Counted from the stretch's first letter, positions 42,143-52,673 are shown. The stretch is 64,000 bases of DNA from Bdellovibrionota bacterium (GCA_965207455.1 CBDBMJ010000001.1:1536001-1600000), one strand, 5' to 3'. The notes: generated by a model not told the origin, from the sequence alone. Program-made: numbers and translations.

Positions 42143-42647
42143 ATGTACAGACTACAAACTAATAATCATAACCATACTGCTCGACCTTGGATTGAGTAGC
42201 GAGTCGACACTTGAGGGTTGCCTTGAAACCAAGGATTGCCTTGTGCGACTCAGAGAGTACCGTAGGCAACTTTTAAAGGTGGAGTGGAAGCCCCATTCAT
42301 CATAAGTGAGAAATTCGACCCAGAGTGGGCGAAATAGAAGTTCTTAAAGTGCCTTGCAATTGATAGCTATCGGCATAACCTTGCTTATTGCGTGTGTGGG
42401 AAACGAACATCTTTTCATTGAGGCAATGAACCTTTTACAAACTAAATATTATAATAATTATGGTCAGCGAGATTCTATGCCATCCGAAATAGAAGAAATA
42501 GTAGAACAAATTATCGAGGGTATAGCAAAATGCTATTTGTTTTTCACAGTTTTAAATTTAAAAGTATTGCCGACATCCTTGAAAAATAAAATTGAAAATA
42601 AAAGAAGAGCTATTATTGAGGAATTTGAAAAAAACAATGCCTTCTAG
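42143..42647 (+). pseudogene. Degraded gene, probably for a secreted protein
   Basis: Perfect AAGGAGGT RBS and ATG 42143; a shifted frame gives signal-like KLIIITILLDLGLSS; several stops and frameshifts follow. Confidence 0.4.
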
Positions 42648-42690
42648 CCTTTGAGAGGGCGTGCGCCAACTCTCTTAAGCAAGCTTGCAG

Positions 42691-43443
42691 TTACTTCCCC
42701 TGTGGGTTGAAAAGAGCTTCTGCCTCTTGGCTCTCTTTCGTCGAATAGAAATAATCTTCTATTCGTTTTAAGCGGGCTACTTTCTCGTTTGTTATATACC
42801 TCTTTCCACCCTCTTCATAGAAAGTAATATCGACCAAGCCATTTTTATTTATAGAAATTTTTGCCATCACTCCCTCACCCACTTTAGGCAAGCTTCCGGA
42901 AACATAGATGCTAGTGCCATTTCCCGTGCCAGCCTTTCCATGAAAAAAGAATTTCCAGAAAGCATAGTAGGGCTTGTAATACTCTCTAAGATCGTCATTA
43001 GAAAGTTTGTCCAAGCGGTTCTCCATTGAAGAATTTGGATCCTTATTAAATTCTTGTTCAAAAAAGTATCTATGATTGCTAAGATCTATTACTCTCATTT
43101 TGAAAAAAATTTCCTCTATTTTTTTCATACCCTCTTCACCAACTCTCTTTAAATCAAACACTCTCTTCACAAGCGTATGGCTGGCATCAATATTTTTTTT
43201 GAGAAATTCTGGATCCTCATCTATCAGTCCTCGAATTACATCCTTGTTGCCAGTGAGAAACTGACTCATTAAATGCTCGTCAAAAGCCTTCCTCCCATAC
43301 CTGAAAATTTCCTTTATTTTCCCATAGTGGTACTCGATGGCTTCTTCTTTTTCTGACAGAACCTCGGCACTTGCACTGCTGGATGCCCCACAAATAAGCA
43401 CCATTAGAACAGATATTATGAGTTTTAATTCTATTGAGCCCAT
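42691..43443 (-). CDS. Orphan secreted protein
   Basis: Signal peptide ending ASA, AAGGAAGG RBS, TTGACA-N17-TACAAG upstream. Confidence 0.75.
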   Translation of the reverse strand: MGSIELKLIISVLMVLICGASSSASAEVLSEKEEAIEYHYGKIKEIFRYGRKAFDEHLMSQFLTGNKDVIRGLIDEDPEFLKKNIDASHTLVKRVFDLKRVGEEGMKKIEEIFFKMRVIDLSNHRYFFEQEFNKDPNSSMENRLDKLSNDDLREYYKPYYAFWKFFFHGKAGTGNGTSIYVSGSLPKVGEGVMAKISINKNGLVDITFYEEGGKRYITNEKVARLKRIEDYFYSTKESQEAEALFNPQGK

Positions 43444-43748
43444 TCTTATTGTTCCTTCCTTTATGATTTTATTTCATATATCCCAGCTTGAGGCATTGCT
43501 ATGCTTGTATCGCCTCGAGTCAACCCTGTCAAGTAGTTATAAGAGCATTGTAGGGGCGTAAGGGCAAAACCAGTTTTTCCATAAATAATTTAAGTAGACT
43601 AGCAATAACTGTAGGATCTTTGGACAGCCGTCTATTTTTTCGACCAAAGGACGCCCTTTCCTGCAAGCTCACTGTAATAACAAGACAGAATACTCATGTA
43701 AATAGCGAAAAATAAAGGACTTTTAACACTCTGCTTTTTAGCTTATTC

Positions 43749-43764
43749 TGGCACGCCACTTGCA
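43749..43764 (+). promoter_or_regulatory. Sigma54 promoter (-24/-12)
   Basis: TGGCACGCCACTTGCA matches TGGCAC-N5-TTGCW. Confidence 0.7.
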
Positions 43765-43813
43765 TTAATAAACACATAGAGGGAAACGCAAACTGAAATT
43801 GGAGGGGAAAATC

Positions 43814-44569
43814 ATGAAAAAACAAAATACACTAACAGCCTTGGCACTGGCACTTATCCTAGCATCGCCAACAACTGGATATGCATTGAGTGCTAAAGAG
43901 GAAAGAATAGTAAGACTTAGGGTAGAAGAGCGAAAGGCTGGTATAGCTCTTGACAATATTCTAGAAGATACAGAGGAGCGAAAACATAATACGGATCGTT
44001 GGTCAAAAAAATTTGAGGATGCTGCTAAGGCTCTCGTGACAGCTAAAAAAATGCGGGAACTAAATCCTAAAAATGAATTAAGTCCTGAGGACAAAACGAT
44101 GATAAGCCTTGAGGTAAAATTTATAGTGGCTCGCGACGATCTTGCTAAAGCTCAGTGGCTGCATAATAATATTGGTGATCTAGAGGGATTTAAGATTGCT
44201 GCCAATGATTTTGCAACGCTCAAAAAACGGCTTGAAAAAAAGTTGCCTGAAGGTGAATTAAGTCCTGAGGACGAAAATATAATAAGACTTGACGTAGATT
44301 TTATAGTGGCTGAAAACGAACTTAATAAGACTCTATTCCACTCTAAATCCCTCTCCATTTTTTATTCTACTAAAGAAAATCAAGAAAAATTTGATGCTAA
44401 TATTCTGCTTGTTGAGAGACTCAGGAGAATAATTGAACTAGCTCAAGAAAGGGCAAGCGGCCAGGGAGAGCTCAATCTAGGAGTACTATCTGATGCTACT
44501 AGCAACAATGAACAACCTAGCTCTCCGACGCCAACGGTATCAACAACAAAAACCCGCACTTCTGAATAA
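43814..44569 (+). CDS. Orphan secreted helical-repeat protein
   Basis: GGAGG RBS before ATG 43814, signal peptide, about 60-aa repeats (ELSPED..I.L.V.FIVA). Confidence 0.75.
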   Translation: MKKQNTLTALALALILASPTTGYALSAKEERIVRLRVEERKAGIALDNILEDTEERKHNTDRWSKKFEDAAKALVTAKKMRELNPKNELSPEDKTMISLEVKFIVARDDLAKAQWLHNNIGDLEGFKIAANDFATLKKRLEKKLPEGELSPEDENIIRLDVDFIVAENELNKTLFHSKSLSIFYSTKENQEKFDANILLVERLRRIIELAQERASGQGELNLGVLSDATSNNEQPSSPTPTVSTTKTRTSE

Positions 44570-44820
44570 ATTTTAATTTATTATAGCTTTTCTCTCCCTA
44601 AGGTATGACTCCTGCCTTAGGCACATTAATACCCCCACTTATTTTTTAAACATGGCGACAAAATATTCCCAACCACTTCGAACTGTCAGCAAGCCTTCAC
44701 CGATTAAGTCGAGTCAATGATGCGACGGGCTGTCTAAAATTAAAAATACTTCTTGACCTGCCCTGTTACTTCCTATAAAAGCAACACTAAGACTTAACGC
44801 AATAAAAAAGGAGAAAAAAA

Positions 44821-45555
44821 ATGAAAAATATTAAATCTTATACGCTAATCTTTTTATGTACACTACTAGCACTGATCACCTCAAAGCAGGCTGCTGCAAC
44901 AACAGGTGAATTTATTGAACTAAGCGCTGCAAAGAAAATTGCCCAATCATCCAATCACTCCTGTGCGCTTTTAGAGGACTCATCAATGGTTTGCTGGGGA
45001 AGTAACTCTTTTGGACAATTGGGCAATGGTACTCATCAAGACTCCTCCTCAGTACCAGTTAAGGTTGTTGGTCTAACGGGTGTATCTCAAATTGCCTTGG
45101 GGGGAGCGTTCTCCTGTGCACTTACAGAAGGTGTAAATGTAGCTGCAAAAATAAAATGCTGGGGTTCAAATCACTATGGGCAGTTGGGGGACGGCAATGG
45201 TGGTACTTTTGAAGACAAGGCTCTAACACCTGTTCAAGTTTATTCCAGAGATCAGCTACTACCTTTTATTAAAGAAATTGCAGCCGGGTATCAGCACGCC
45301 TGTGCAATTGTAGGCTTTCATCGTGAACTAGTTTGCTGGGGGCTCAATGATTATGGACAACTAGGCGCTGTTACTAAAGATCAATGTAACTATAGTGAAC
45401 AAGGAGAAGAAGTTTTATGTAGCTCAATACCAGTTAAAGTTCCTGGTATAAAGAATGTGCTGAAAATGATTTTGGAAGGAAACAGCACCTGTGTAGTACT
45501 TAAGGGCGACGAAGAAAATATGACATGCTGGGGAGAAAAGTACAAAAACCCCTAG
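44821..45555 (+). CDS. Secreted RCC1-repeat protein
   Basis: Signal peptide; repeats H.CA...CWG.N..GQLG. Confidence 0.9.
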   Translation: MKNIKSYTLIFLCTLLALITSKQAAATTGEFIELSAAKKIAQSSNHSCALLEDSSMVCWGSNSFGQLGNGTHQDSSSVPVKVVGLTGVSQIALGGAFSCALTEGVNVAAKIKCWGSNHYGQLGDGNGGTFEDKALTPVQVYSRDQLLPFIKEIAAGYQHACAIVGFHRELVCWGLNDYGQLGAVTKDQCNYSEQGEEVLCSSIPVKVPGIKNVLKMILEGNSTCVVLKGDEENMTCWGEKYKNP

Positions 45556-45699
45556 CACCAATGGAAGGAATGCAAATTGCAGTACACAGTTATTTGTTAG
45601 TTTTGTAAGAAGCTGTGATCGGATTTATGCTCCAAGTCGATTTCTGTCCAACCACTCCATTCTTTACACATAAGTTTATTTTGGGTATGTTATGGATTC

Positions 45700-46623
45700 A
45701 TGTCTGTTGAACCCGCCTTAAAAATTGAAAATCTTGAGAAGTCTTTTGGCTCCGAAAAAGCGGTAAAGGGAATAAGTTTTTCCATAGAGCAGGGAGAAGT
45801 GTTTGGGCTTTTGGGTCCTAACGGTGCGGGCAAGAGTACCACCATTAATATGATTGCTGGAGTTTCCAATATTGGTAGTGGGAAGATTTCTATTTTTGGT
45901 GTCGACGTGGAAAAGCAATATATAGAGGCTCGAAAGGTGACAGGAGTGATGCACCAGGAAGTTGCTTTGGATATATTTTTTACGATAGAGCAGGGGCTGG
46001 GCATTCAATCTGGTTACTATGGTGTTCCCTTGGATATGAAATGGCGAGATATTTTATTGGATCGTCTTATGCTTTGGCCTCATATAAAAAAGAGACCCAA
46101 TAAGCTTTCTGGGGGGCTTAAGCGTCGTTATATGATAGCCAAATCCCTTATTCATAAGCCCAGACTATTGATTTTAGATGAGCCCACGGCTGGAGTGGAT
46201 GTGGAGTTACGTCGGAGTCTTTGGGATTTTATTCGAGAGATTAATCAGCAGGGGACAACTATTTTGCTTACCACCCATTATTTAGAGGAAGCAGAGGCGA
46301 TGTGTGGACGGATTGCAATTATGAATAATGGAGAAGTGCAAGCGTTAGAGAAAAAAGAAGTTTTATTAAATATGATTGAGGGAAAGAGGTTGGATGTGCG
46401 ACTTTCCCACCCTGCACCCACAGCCTCTGAGTTTTTGCAAAAGTTTAATCCATCTATTTCCGACAATGGATCCACTTATAAGTTTTATGTAAACGCCGAA
46501 CAATCTTCGGGAGCCATACTGGATGCTATCCGTGAGAGTGGCTTGTGTATCGCTGATGTGGAGACGCACTCAGGTTCCTTAGAAGATGTTTTTCTTAAAC
46601 TCACCAAAGATAAGAGAGTATAA
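45700..46623 (+). CDS. ABC transporter ATP-binding protein (YadG-like)
   Basis: GPNGAGKST, LSGG, LDEPTAGVD, TTHYLEEAE. Confidence 0.93.
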   Translation: MSVEPALKIENLEKSFGSEKAVKGISFSIEQGEVFGLLGPNGAGKSTTINMIAGVSNIGSGKISIFGVDVEKQYIEARKVTGVMHQEVALDIFFTIEQGLGIQSGYYGVPLDMKWRDILLDRLMLWPHIKKRPNKLSGGLKRRYMIAKSLIHKPRLLILDEPTAGVDVELRRSLWDFIREINQQGTTILLTTHYLEEAEAMCGRIAIMNNGEVQALEKKEVLLNMIEGKRLDVRLSHPAPTASEFLQKFNPSISDNGSTYKFYVNAEQSSGAILDAIRESGLCIADVETHSGSLEDVFLKLTKDKRV

Positions 46624-46625
46624 TT

Positions 46626-47414
46626 ATGCATTATCAACCAGAAACTATTTTTCATCCCTATCTACCTTTTTTTTCTTTACTTACAAGGGAAGTGAAAAGA
46701 TTTCTTTCCGTAACCGTTCAATCTGTTATTACCCCGGTAGTTACAGCCTCACTCTATCTTTTTGTTTTCGGTGTAAGTTTGGGGGAAAAAATCTCTGTGA
46801 TGGAGGGGTTTACGTTTATTCAATTTGTAGTTCCCGGTCTTGTTCTTATGGCAGGGATTAATAATTCTTTTGCCAACTCTTCTTCTTCCTTATTTATGTG
46901 TCGTTATTTAGGGCATATTGTGGATTTACTTTGTGCTCCTATTAGTCCTCTGGGTTTCGTATTGGCGTTTGTGATTGCCGCTGTTCTGCGAGGTTTGCTT
47001 GTGGGCACCGTTGTTCTATGTGTGAGCCTACTTTTCACGTCGGTACCATTTGATAACCCTTGGGCTGCAGTTGGACTGTTTGCATTGAGTTGTACTATTT
47101 TCGCTCAATTTGGGCTTATCGCTGCCATTCTTTCCAATACATTCGACTCCCTCAGCATGTACACAAACTTTTTAATCCTGCCCCTTATTTATATGGGTGG
47201 TATGTTTTACCCCATTTCCATGTTGCCAGAAGTTTGGCAGAAAGTTTCCTTATTTAATCCTATTTACTATTTAATGGACGGCTTTCGCCATGCGATTCTT
47301 GGAGTGGGAGAGATGTCCCTTTGGATCAGTTTTTCCGTAGCTGGTGCTTTGGCTATTGTAACTTGTGTTCTTGCTTCGTGGATGATGTGGATAGGCTACC
47401 GTATTCGCAATTAA
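46626..47414 (+). CDS. ABC-2 type permease (YadH-like)
   Basis: REVKRF, FVVPGL..M, GG.FY, NPIYY..DGFR. Confidence 0.9.
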   Translation: MHYQPETIFHPYLPFFSLLTREVKRFLSVTVQSVITPVVTASLYLFVFGVSLGEKISVMEGFTFIQFVVPGLVLMAGINNSFANSSSSLFMCRYLGHIVDLLCAPISPLGFVLAFVIAAVLRGLLVGTVVLCVSLLFTSVPFDNPWAAVGLFALSCTIFAQFGLIAAILSNTFDSLSMYTNFLILPLIYMGGMFYPISMLPEVWQKVSLFNPIYYLMDGFRHAILGVGEMSLWISFSVAGALAIVTCVLASWMMWIGYRIRN

Positions 47415-47444
47415 AGCATAAAGTGGGAAAGCCTATTTATACTG

Positions 47445-47861
47445 TTACTTCTTACAGAGTTTATTGCCGAGGTTACAGCGATCTCCAGCTCCATGGAGCA
47501 TAAGTCCTAGAAACACAATCGCCATGGAAAGGGGATGGGACCACAAGCTGAACGCGTCGCCTCTTCCTAAATGATAGCTTATGGCTCCGAGCATGGTGCA
47601 GATTAATAGGAAACAAGCTGGTCGAAAGAAAATACCTAGGATCAAGCAAAAGGCGCCAAAAAATTCGGAAAACGCAGCAAGAAACCCAAAGAAAATGGGG
47701 AAGGGCAGTCCTGAGAGTTCTCCCAGTATTGGCCATCGTATGGGATTCATTATTTTGGGGTATCCATGGACGATAAAGACAAGGCCGATACCTAGTCGCA
47801 TAAATAAAAGTCCAAAACCGGAGAAGCGTTCTATACAACAAGAAACAAAGGGTATCTTCAT
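47445..47861 (-). CDS. DoxX family membrane protein
   Basis: LL.R..G..F..HG..K, E..G.....G...R. Confidence 0.88.
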   Translation of the reverse strand: MKIPFVSCCIERFSGFGLLFMRLGIGLVFIVHGYPKIMNPIRWPILGELSGLPFPIFFGFLAAFSEFFGAFCLILGIFFRPACFLLICTMLGAISYHLGRGDAFSLWSHPLSMAIVFLGLMLHGAGDRCNLGNKLCKK

Positions 47862-47873
47862 GTTTCGTCCTTT

Positions 47874-48560
47874 CTAGGTCATTAGTTCAATAATAGCATA
47901 CAGGACAATTGTTAATCCAAAGCCGGAGCAGATAACCCCTTTTACGCTAGTCATGCAGGCAGTTTTTCCTATGACGGCGTTTACTTGTAGAGCACCAATA
48001 ACAACGGCAAGAACCACAAACAGCCATGTAACGCTAAATTCATACCCCACGTCCATGGGTAGGTGGTTTGCACTGCCCATAAAAAAGAGCAAGGGAATGG
48101 AGAACAATGTATTGGTTCGGGAGGCAAGGGCTGCCTTTGCTCCGCAGTCGGCAGCATTGGGATGGTCTGCCCCGTTAGCAGCAGCAATGACAATGCGTTG
48201 GTTGGGCCAAATAATCATCCAGACATTGAGGAACATGAGGGTTCCCAGGGTTGTGCCCGTTAGTATGAGGATTCCCCAAGAGCTTTCAAATATTTCCAGT
48301 CCTCCTGCATTGGCACGAATAAGGAGGATGAGTGTTCCAGATAGAAAGGTAAACATGGCTCCCCAGCGGAACCACCATAGGGCACGTGGCAGGAGTTTCT
48401 GCACAGCGGCTTTTTTCGCACTAGGGTCTGTTTCTTGAAACCAAGAGCCTTGAACGAAGTTAAAATAATAAAGTATGCCGATCCAAGTGATCCCTGCCAT
48501 AAAGTGTATCCATCGTAGGATAAATAAAAGACCTTCTGTTGAAAATATAGCTATGTCCAT
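47874..48560 (-). CDS. Urate hydroxylase PuuD-like membrane protein
   Basis: RW.H..AGI.WIG..Y.F, LWWFRW.A..T..SG, M..NVW..IWPNQ, SR.NT; start placed at ATG 48560 after AGGAGG. Confidence 0.8.
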   Translation of the reverse strand: MDIAIFSTEGLLFILRWIHFMAGITWIGILYYFNFVQGSWFQETDPSAKKAAVQKLLPRALWWFRWGAMFTFLSGTLILLIRANAGGLEIFESSWGILILTGTTLGTLMFLNVWMIIWPNQRIVIAAANGADHPNAADCGAKAALASRTNTLFSIPLLFFMGSANHLPMDVGYEFSVTWLFVVLAVVIGALQVNAVIGKTACMTSVKGVICSGFGLTIVLYAIIELMT

Positions 48561-48646
48561 GGTTTCCTTCCTCCTTGTATAAAAATGCCTTAACATAAGG
48601 ATAACAGCGGAAACAGGAATTGCAAGTGCTGGGAGCACCAAATTTT

Positions 48647-50773
48647 TTATTTATTTTTTTGAGGCAGGAAGGTGATTTTCTGATTGACCCAACCATTTTC
48701 GATGGCAATCAGGTCGATCAATATTTTTAAGGCTTCATTCACCTGAGGCTCCTTTTGCTCTTTGATCAACTGTTTGGTTGTCTTGTCTTTGTCTTTGGCA
48801 TTTTTCGCCAAATTGTTCTTGCTCTTCTTACGAAGCTCACTCAATTTAAAAACCCCTTTGTTCTTTTTTATCTCTGCCATGTCTTTTTTAATCTCTTTAA
48901 ACTTTGGATTATTGATGCTGCGTTTTTTGGAGTATTTCCTCAATAGGGCTACTGTTTTGTTATTTATGGGCTTCCATGGACGCTTCTTATCTATAATAGT
49001 ATTGGAGAGGAATGGGTCTATCCGTTGGGGTTTTAGGGAATTTTCATGGTATTGCTCGCCCATATTGTCAGTGGCATAGAGGCTGGGTAGGACTATGTCC
49101 GCAGTTACGCCCCGGTGTTGAGTGGAGTGTCCGCCAGGGATAAAGAACAGACCCGTGGTTACCTTTAGGGCTCCTCCGATTTGTTCCAATGGGATTACTT
49201 GCTGTATGGATCCTTTTCCATAGGTGTGGTCGTCACCCACAATTACGGCTCGCTTATAGTCCTTCAGAGCGCCGGCGACGATTTCAGAAGCGGAGGCGCT
49301 CACCCTACTGGTTAGGATTACCAGTGGTCCGGTGTATTGGGTTTGTGGGTTTTCATCTTTTAAAAGACTAATATTACGTTGGGAGTTTTTTGTGGCAACT
49401 ATGTTTCCCTCCTTGATAAAAAGGCCAGCAATTCGTACAGCCTCCAGCAATAATCCGCCACCATTTCTAGAGAAGTCTAGGAGAACACCGTCCGCACCTT
49501 CCTTATTGATTATTTCTATTTTCTTTAACATGTCCTTGTAGGAGGATCGTGGTTGGGCGCCCATTTGAGCATAGTAGAAGGACGGTAGGATAAGGTGAGC
49601 CAGTTTCAATTTCTTTTTCCCATAAGCGGTTTCTTTAAACTCTAGGCTTGTGGCAGCACTTTCTATGTTCACCTTTGCTCGTGTTAGGGTGATCACAAAG
49701 GAGCGAGTTTCCTTGCCTTGTCGTAGTATTCGTAGTCGAACAATGGATCCTTTTTTGCCCCGTATTTTTTTCACCACATTTTTCAAGCTCATATCCACAA
49801 TATCCTCTAGTGGACCTTTCTTTCCCTGACCCACGGCGAGGATTTTATCCTTCGCGTGGAGTTTATTGGATCGATAGGCAGCACCACCTGCGATTAACTC
49901 TTGGATAACGGTATAGCCATCCTCTGAGCTAAGGGAGGCTCCTATGCCTTCCAGAGAAAGACTCATGGATATTTTAAAATCCTCTAGTGCGTGCTTACTA
50001 AAATAGGTGGAGTGGGGATCTAGGGCGCCTGCATAGGAGTTTAGTAGCATGTCGTACAAATCATCATGGGAGTACTCTTGTGCTCGCTTGAGGGAAAGTT
50101 CATAGCGATGTATGAGTTTCTTCTTTGCTTTTTTAAGTTTCATGTCGTTGAGTAGGTAGCTGGAAATTTGATAATGTATTCTATCTGTTAAATATTTCTC
50201 ACTCTCTTTTAGAGTTCTAGGGCGGATTCTTTTTTTCGAATCGACAATAATAGTTACATCATCTGTAAATTTATATTTTTTCCCCAACTTTTTCCGCACA
50301 AATGCCAATTGCTCTTTTATTCGTTTTCTCTGTATGTCTATAATTATCTTTAATTTATTACAGTCCGGCTTCCGTAAATTGTCCATGAAATCGTTGATGG
50401 CCTTCTTGACTACAGCCACATCACTTGTGAGTAGTAGGCTTTTGGATTGGTCCATGTTTTTTATTACTTCTTTTTTTATTTTTTCAATAAACTGCTGACT
50501 TGCTTTTAATTTTGTATTGTGAACTTGGTTAAATAAAAAATTGGAGGCCTTGGGGAAAGCTTTGTCCGCAATATGGGTCTGGGAAAAAATTCGCATGAGT
50601 TCGGGAAGCACGTTGCAGGTGAGTCCGTTGGTGCCAACTAGACTGGATGAGCTATGGGCTGCTTTTTGGGGCCAGTAGAAGAACGCCAGCGCAATTATGG
50701 CTAGGCATACAGGGTTTAAAAGGAAAGCAACGTTACGATTGAATTTGAGCTTTTTCATTCTTATAGGATACAT
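48647..50773 (-). CDS. prc: Tail-specific (carboxy-terminal processing) S41 protease
   Basis: DPHS.Y, GIGA PDZ, D.R.NGGG, SASASEI.AGAL.DY.R, GKG. Confidence 0.92.
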   Translation of the reverse strand: MYPIRMKKLKFNRNVAFLLNPVCLAIIALAFFYWPQKAAHSSSSLVGTNGLTCNVLPELMRIFSQTHIADKAFPKASNFLFNQVHNTKLKASQQFIEKIKKEVIKNMDQSKSLLLTSDVAVVKKAINDFMDNLRKPDCNKLKIIIDIQRKRIKEQLAFVRKKLGKKYKFTDDVTIIVDSKKRIRPRTLKESEKYLTDRIHYQISSYLLNDMKLKKAKKKLIHRYELSLKRAQEYSHDDLYDMLLNSYAGALDPHSTYFSKHALEDFKISMSLSLEGIGASLSSEDGYTVIQELIAGGAAYRSNKLHAKDKILAVGQGKKGPLEDIVDMSLKNVVKKIRGKKGSIVRLRILRQGKETRSFVITLTRAKVNIESAATSLEFKETAYGKKKLKLAHLILPSFYYAQMGAQPRSSYKDMLKKIEIINKEGADGVLLDFSRNGGGLLLEAVRIAGLFIKEGNIVATKNSQRNISLLKDENPQTQYTGPLVILTSRVSASASEIVAGALKDYKRAVIVGDDHTYGKGSIQQVIPLEQIGGALKVTTGLFFIPGGHSTQHRGVTADIVLPSLYATDNMGEQYHENSLKPQRIDPFLSNTIIDKKRPWKPINNKTVALLRKYSKKRSINNPKFKEIKKDMAEIKKNKGVFKLSELRKKSKNNLAKNAKDKDKTTKQLIKEQKEPQVNEALKILIDLIAIENGWVNQKITFLPQKNK

Positions 50774-50851
50774 GTATCCGAGAGAGATAACAATGGATGA
50801 ACAAGGGTTTACACGGGAATAAACAGAAAGTTTTCACCTTCCCATACACGC

Positions 50852-52669
50852 TTATCTTCTTATTTGGTATAACTGGTCCAATTCAGCTTTGTACTCGCCT
50901 GTTACCTTTTTTCTTTTTATTTTCAAAGAAGGTGTGAGTTGACCTTTTTCCACAGTGAGTTCTTCGGGAAGTATGTGAAATCTTTTTACGGCCTCCCATT
51001 TGGGTATTTTTCGGTTTATTTCCTGCACTTCTTTTTTTACGAGTTTTAAAATTTTCTCATTTTTAACGAGTTCTTTAATGCCACTGAAAATAATTTTTTC
51101 TTTTGTGGCGTATTGGATAATTGCGTCTTGATGGAGAGTTACGAGGGCTGTAATAAAAGGTTTTTCATCTCCATACACCACCACTTGATTTAAATAAGAG
51201 GATGATTTGGCAAGGCTTTCAATTCTTTGGGGAGCCACAAATTTTCCTCCAGCCGTTTTAATTAAGTCTTTTTTCCTATCGGTGATTTTTAGGTAACCGT
51301 CATCATCTAAATACCCAATATCTCCTGTATAAAACCATCCGTCCTTAAGGGATTCTGCCGTGGCTTCCTTGTCCTTGTAATACTCCTTGAAAACTTTTTT
51401 ACTTTTAATAAGAATTTCCCCGTCCTCTGCAATTTTCACTAAAACTTCAGGAAGTAGGAGACCCACTGTCCCCCGTTTTTCTTGACCAGGTAAATTTACA
51501 GAGATGGGGGCTGCCGTTTCTGTGAGTCCATAGCCCTGGAAAATGGGAACATTCGACATCTTCATAAAATCTGCAATGCTGTTAGGTAGAGGAGCTCCAC
51601 CGCAGATGCATATCTTTAACTTACCGCCAAAGTGCGCTTTAATTTTTGAAAAAATTAATTTCTCCGCAAGTTTGTACTGGAGAGAAACTAGGATAGAGGC
51701 AGAGCCATACTTTCTTTTTTCCTCAAGATATAAGGATCCAACGGTTGTGGCCCATTGGAAGATTTTTTCCTTGAGTGGTGAGCCAGACCGTATCGTAAAG
51801 GAAATTTTCGTATGTGCTTTTTCAAAAATTCGGGGTACAGCAAAGAAAATAGTAGGGCGCACTTCTGCAAGATTTCTAATAACTGCCTCTATGCTTTCTG
51901 CAAATACCTGGGTCCAACCCATCGAATAGGGTAAGTAGCTTTCCATTCGTCCCAAAATATGGCTCATGGGCAGGAAGGAAAGAACGGATTCGTCCTGTGT
52001 GGTGATATGTCGCAAGCTTGTACCTAAGTCCTTCATCACTGAGGCCATGGAAGAGTGCAAGAGAACCACGCCCTTGGGCTTGCCCGTTGTACCAGAGGTA
52101 TAGCAAATCGTATGTATATCCTCTGGCTTTATACTTTTTAGATTTTCTTCAAACTGCACACCCAGTTCCTTATCGTTATTGAGTCCCGTGGTGTAGATCG
52201 TGTTATAACTCACAATGGAGCGATCCGTTTTATTTTCTCCAAAGTTGAAATTCGCAATACAGGTTTTGAGGTATTGGCACTTACCCCAGATAGATTTAAG
52301 ACTTCTTAAGGCAACGGGAGTATCCAGATAAACATACTTTATCTCCCCATGGTTCATAATATATTCCATATCCTCTAGTGTGGAGGTGGGATAGATAGGG
52401 ATAATCTTAGCCTTCACTCCCATAACTGCCATATCCATTCGTGCCCAGTGGATGGAGGTATGTGCAATTACGGCCACCGAATCTCCTGGGGTCACACCCA
52501 GCTTCATTAAACCCACTCCCAATCTACGAATAAAATCTAGCTGCTCACTGAAGGTTACATCAATAAATTTGGAGCCTTTTTTATAGCGAAACCCCACCTT
52601 ATTACCATCAGTTTTCGCTCGACCCAGCAGGGAGTGACAAATAGTTGGGTATACTTCATATTCTTTCAT
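50852..52669 (-). CDS. Long-chain fatty acid-CoA ligase
   Basis: YTSGTTGKPKG, GYGLTET, TGDIG, DRKKD, TPSLKIKR. Confidence 0.93.
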   Translation of the reverse strand: MKEYEVYPTICHSLLGRAKTDGNKVGFRYKKGSKFIDVTFSEQLDFIRRLGVGLMKLGVTPGDSVAVIAHTSIHWARMDMAVMGVKAKIIPIYPTSTLEDMEYIMNHGEIKYVYLDTPVALRSLKSIWGKCQYLKTCIANFNFGENKTDRSIVSYNTIYTTGLNNDKELGVQFEENLKSIKPEDIHTICYTSGTTGKPKGVVLLHSSMASVMKDLGTSLRHITTQDESVLSFLPMSHILGRMESYLPYSMGWTQVFAESIEAVIRNLAEVRPTIFFAVPRIFEKAHTKISFTIRSGSPLKEKIFQWATTVGSLYLEEKRKYGSASILVSLQYKLAEKLIFSKIKAHFGGKLKICICGGAPLPNSIADFMKMSNVPIFQGYGLTETAAPISVNLPGQEKRGTVGLLLPEVLVKIAEDGEILIKSKKVFKEYYKDKEATAESLKDGWFYTGDIGYLDDDGYLKITDRKKDLIKTAGGKFVAPQRIESLAKSSSYLNQVVVYGDEKPFITALVTLHQDAIIQYATKEKIIFSGIKELVKNEKILKLVKKEVQEINRKIPKWEAVKRFHILPEELTVEKGQLTPSLKIKRKKVTGEYKAELDQLYQIRR

Positions 52670-52673
52670 TGAT

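Noticed and set aside
42195..42350. Possible structured ncRNA or group II intron 5' end (GAGTCG/CGACTC and GTTGCCT/AGGCAAC pairings, GTGCG at about 42243)
   Set aside because: No domain V or reverse transcriptase nearby, the pairings are short, and the stretch reads plausibly as decayed coding sequence.
43555..43660. c-di-GMP-I riboswitch (GGGCAAAACC start)
   Set aside because: No GAAA-capped P2 stem and no following GACGCAAAG element at the right spacing.
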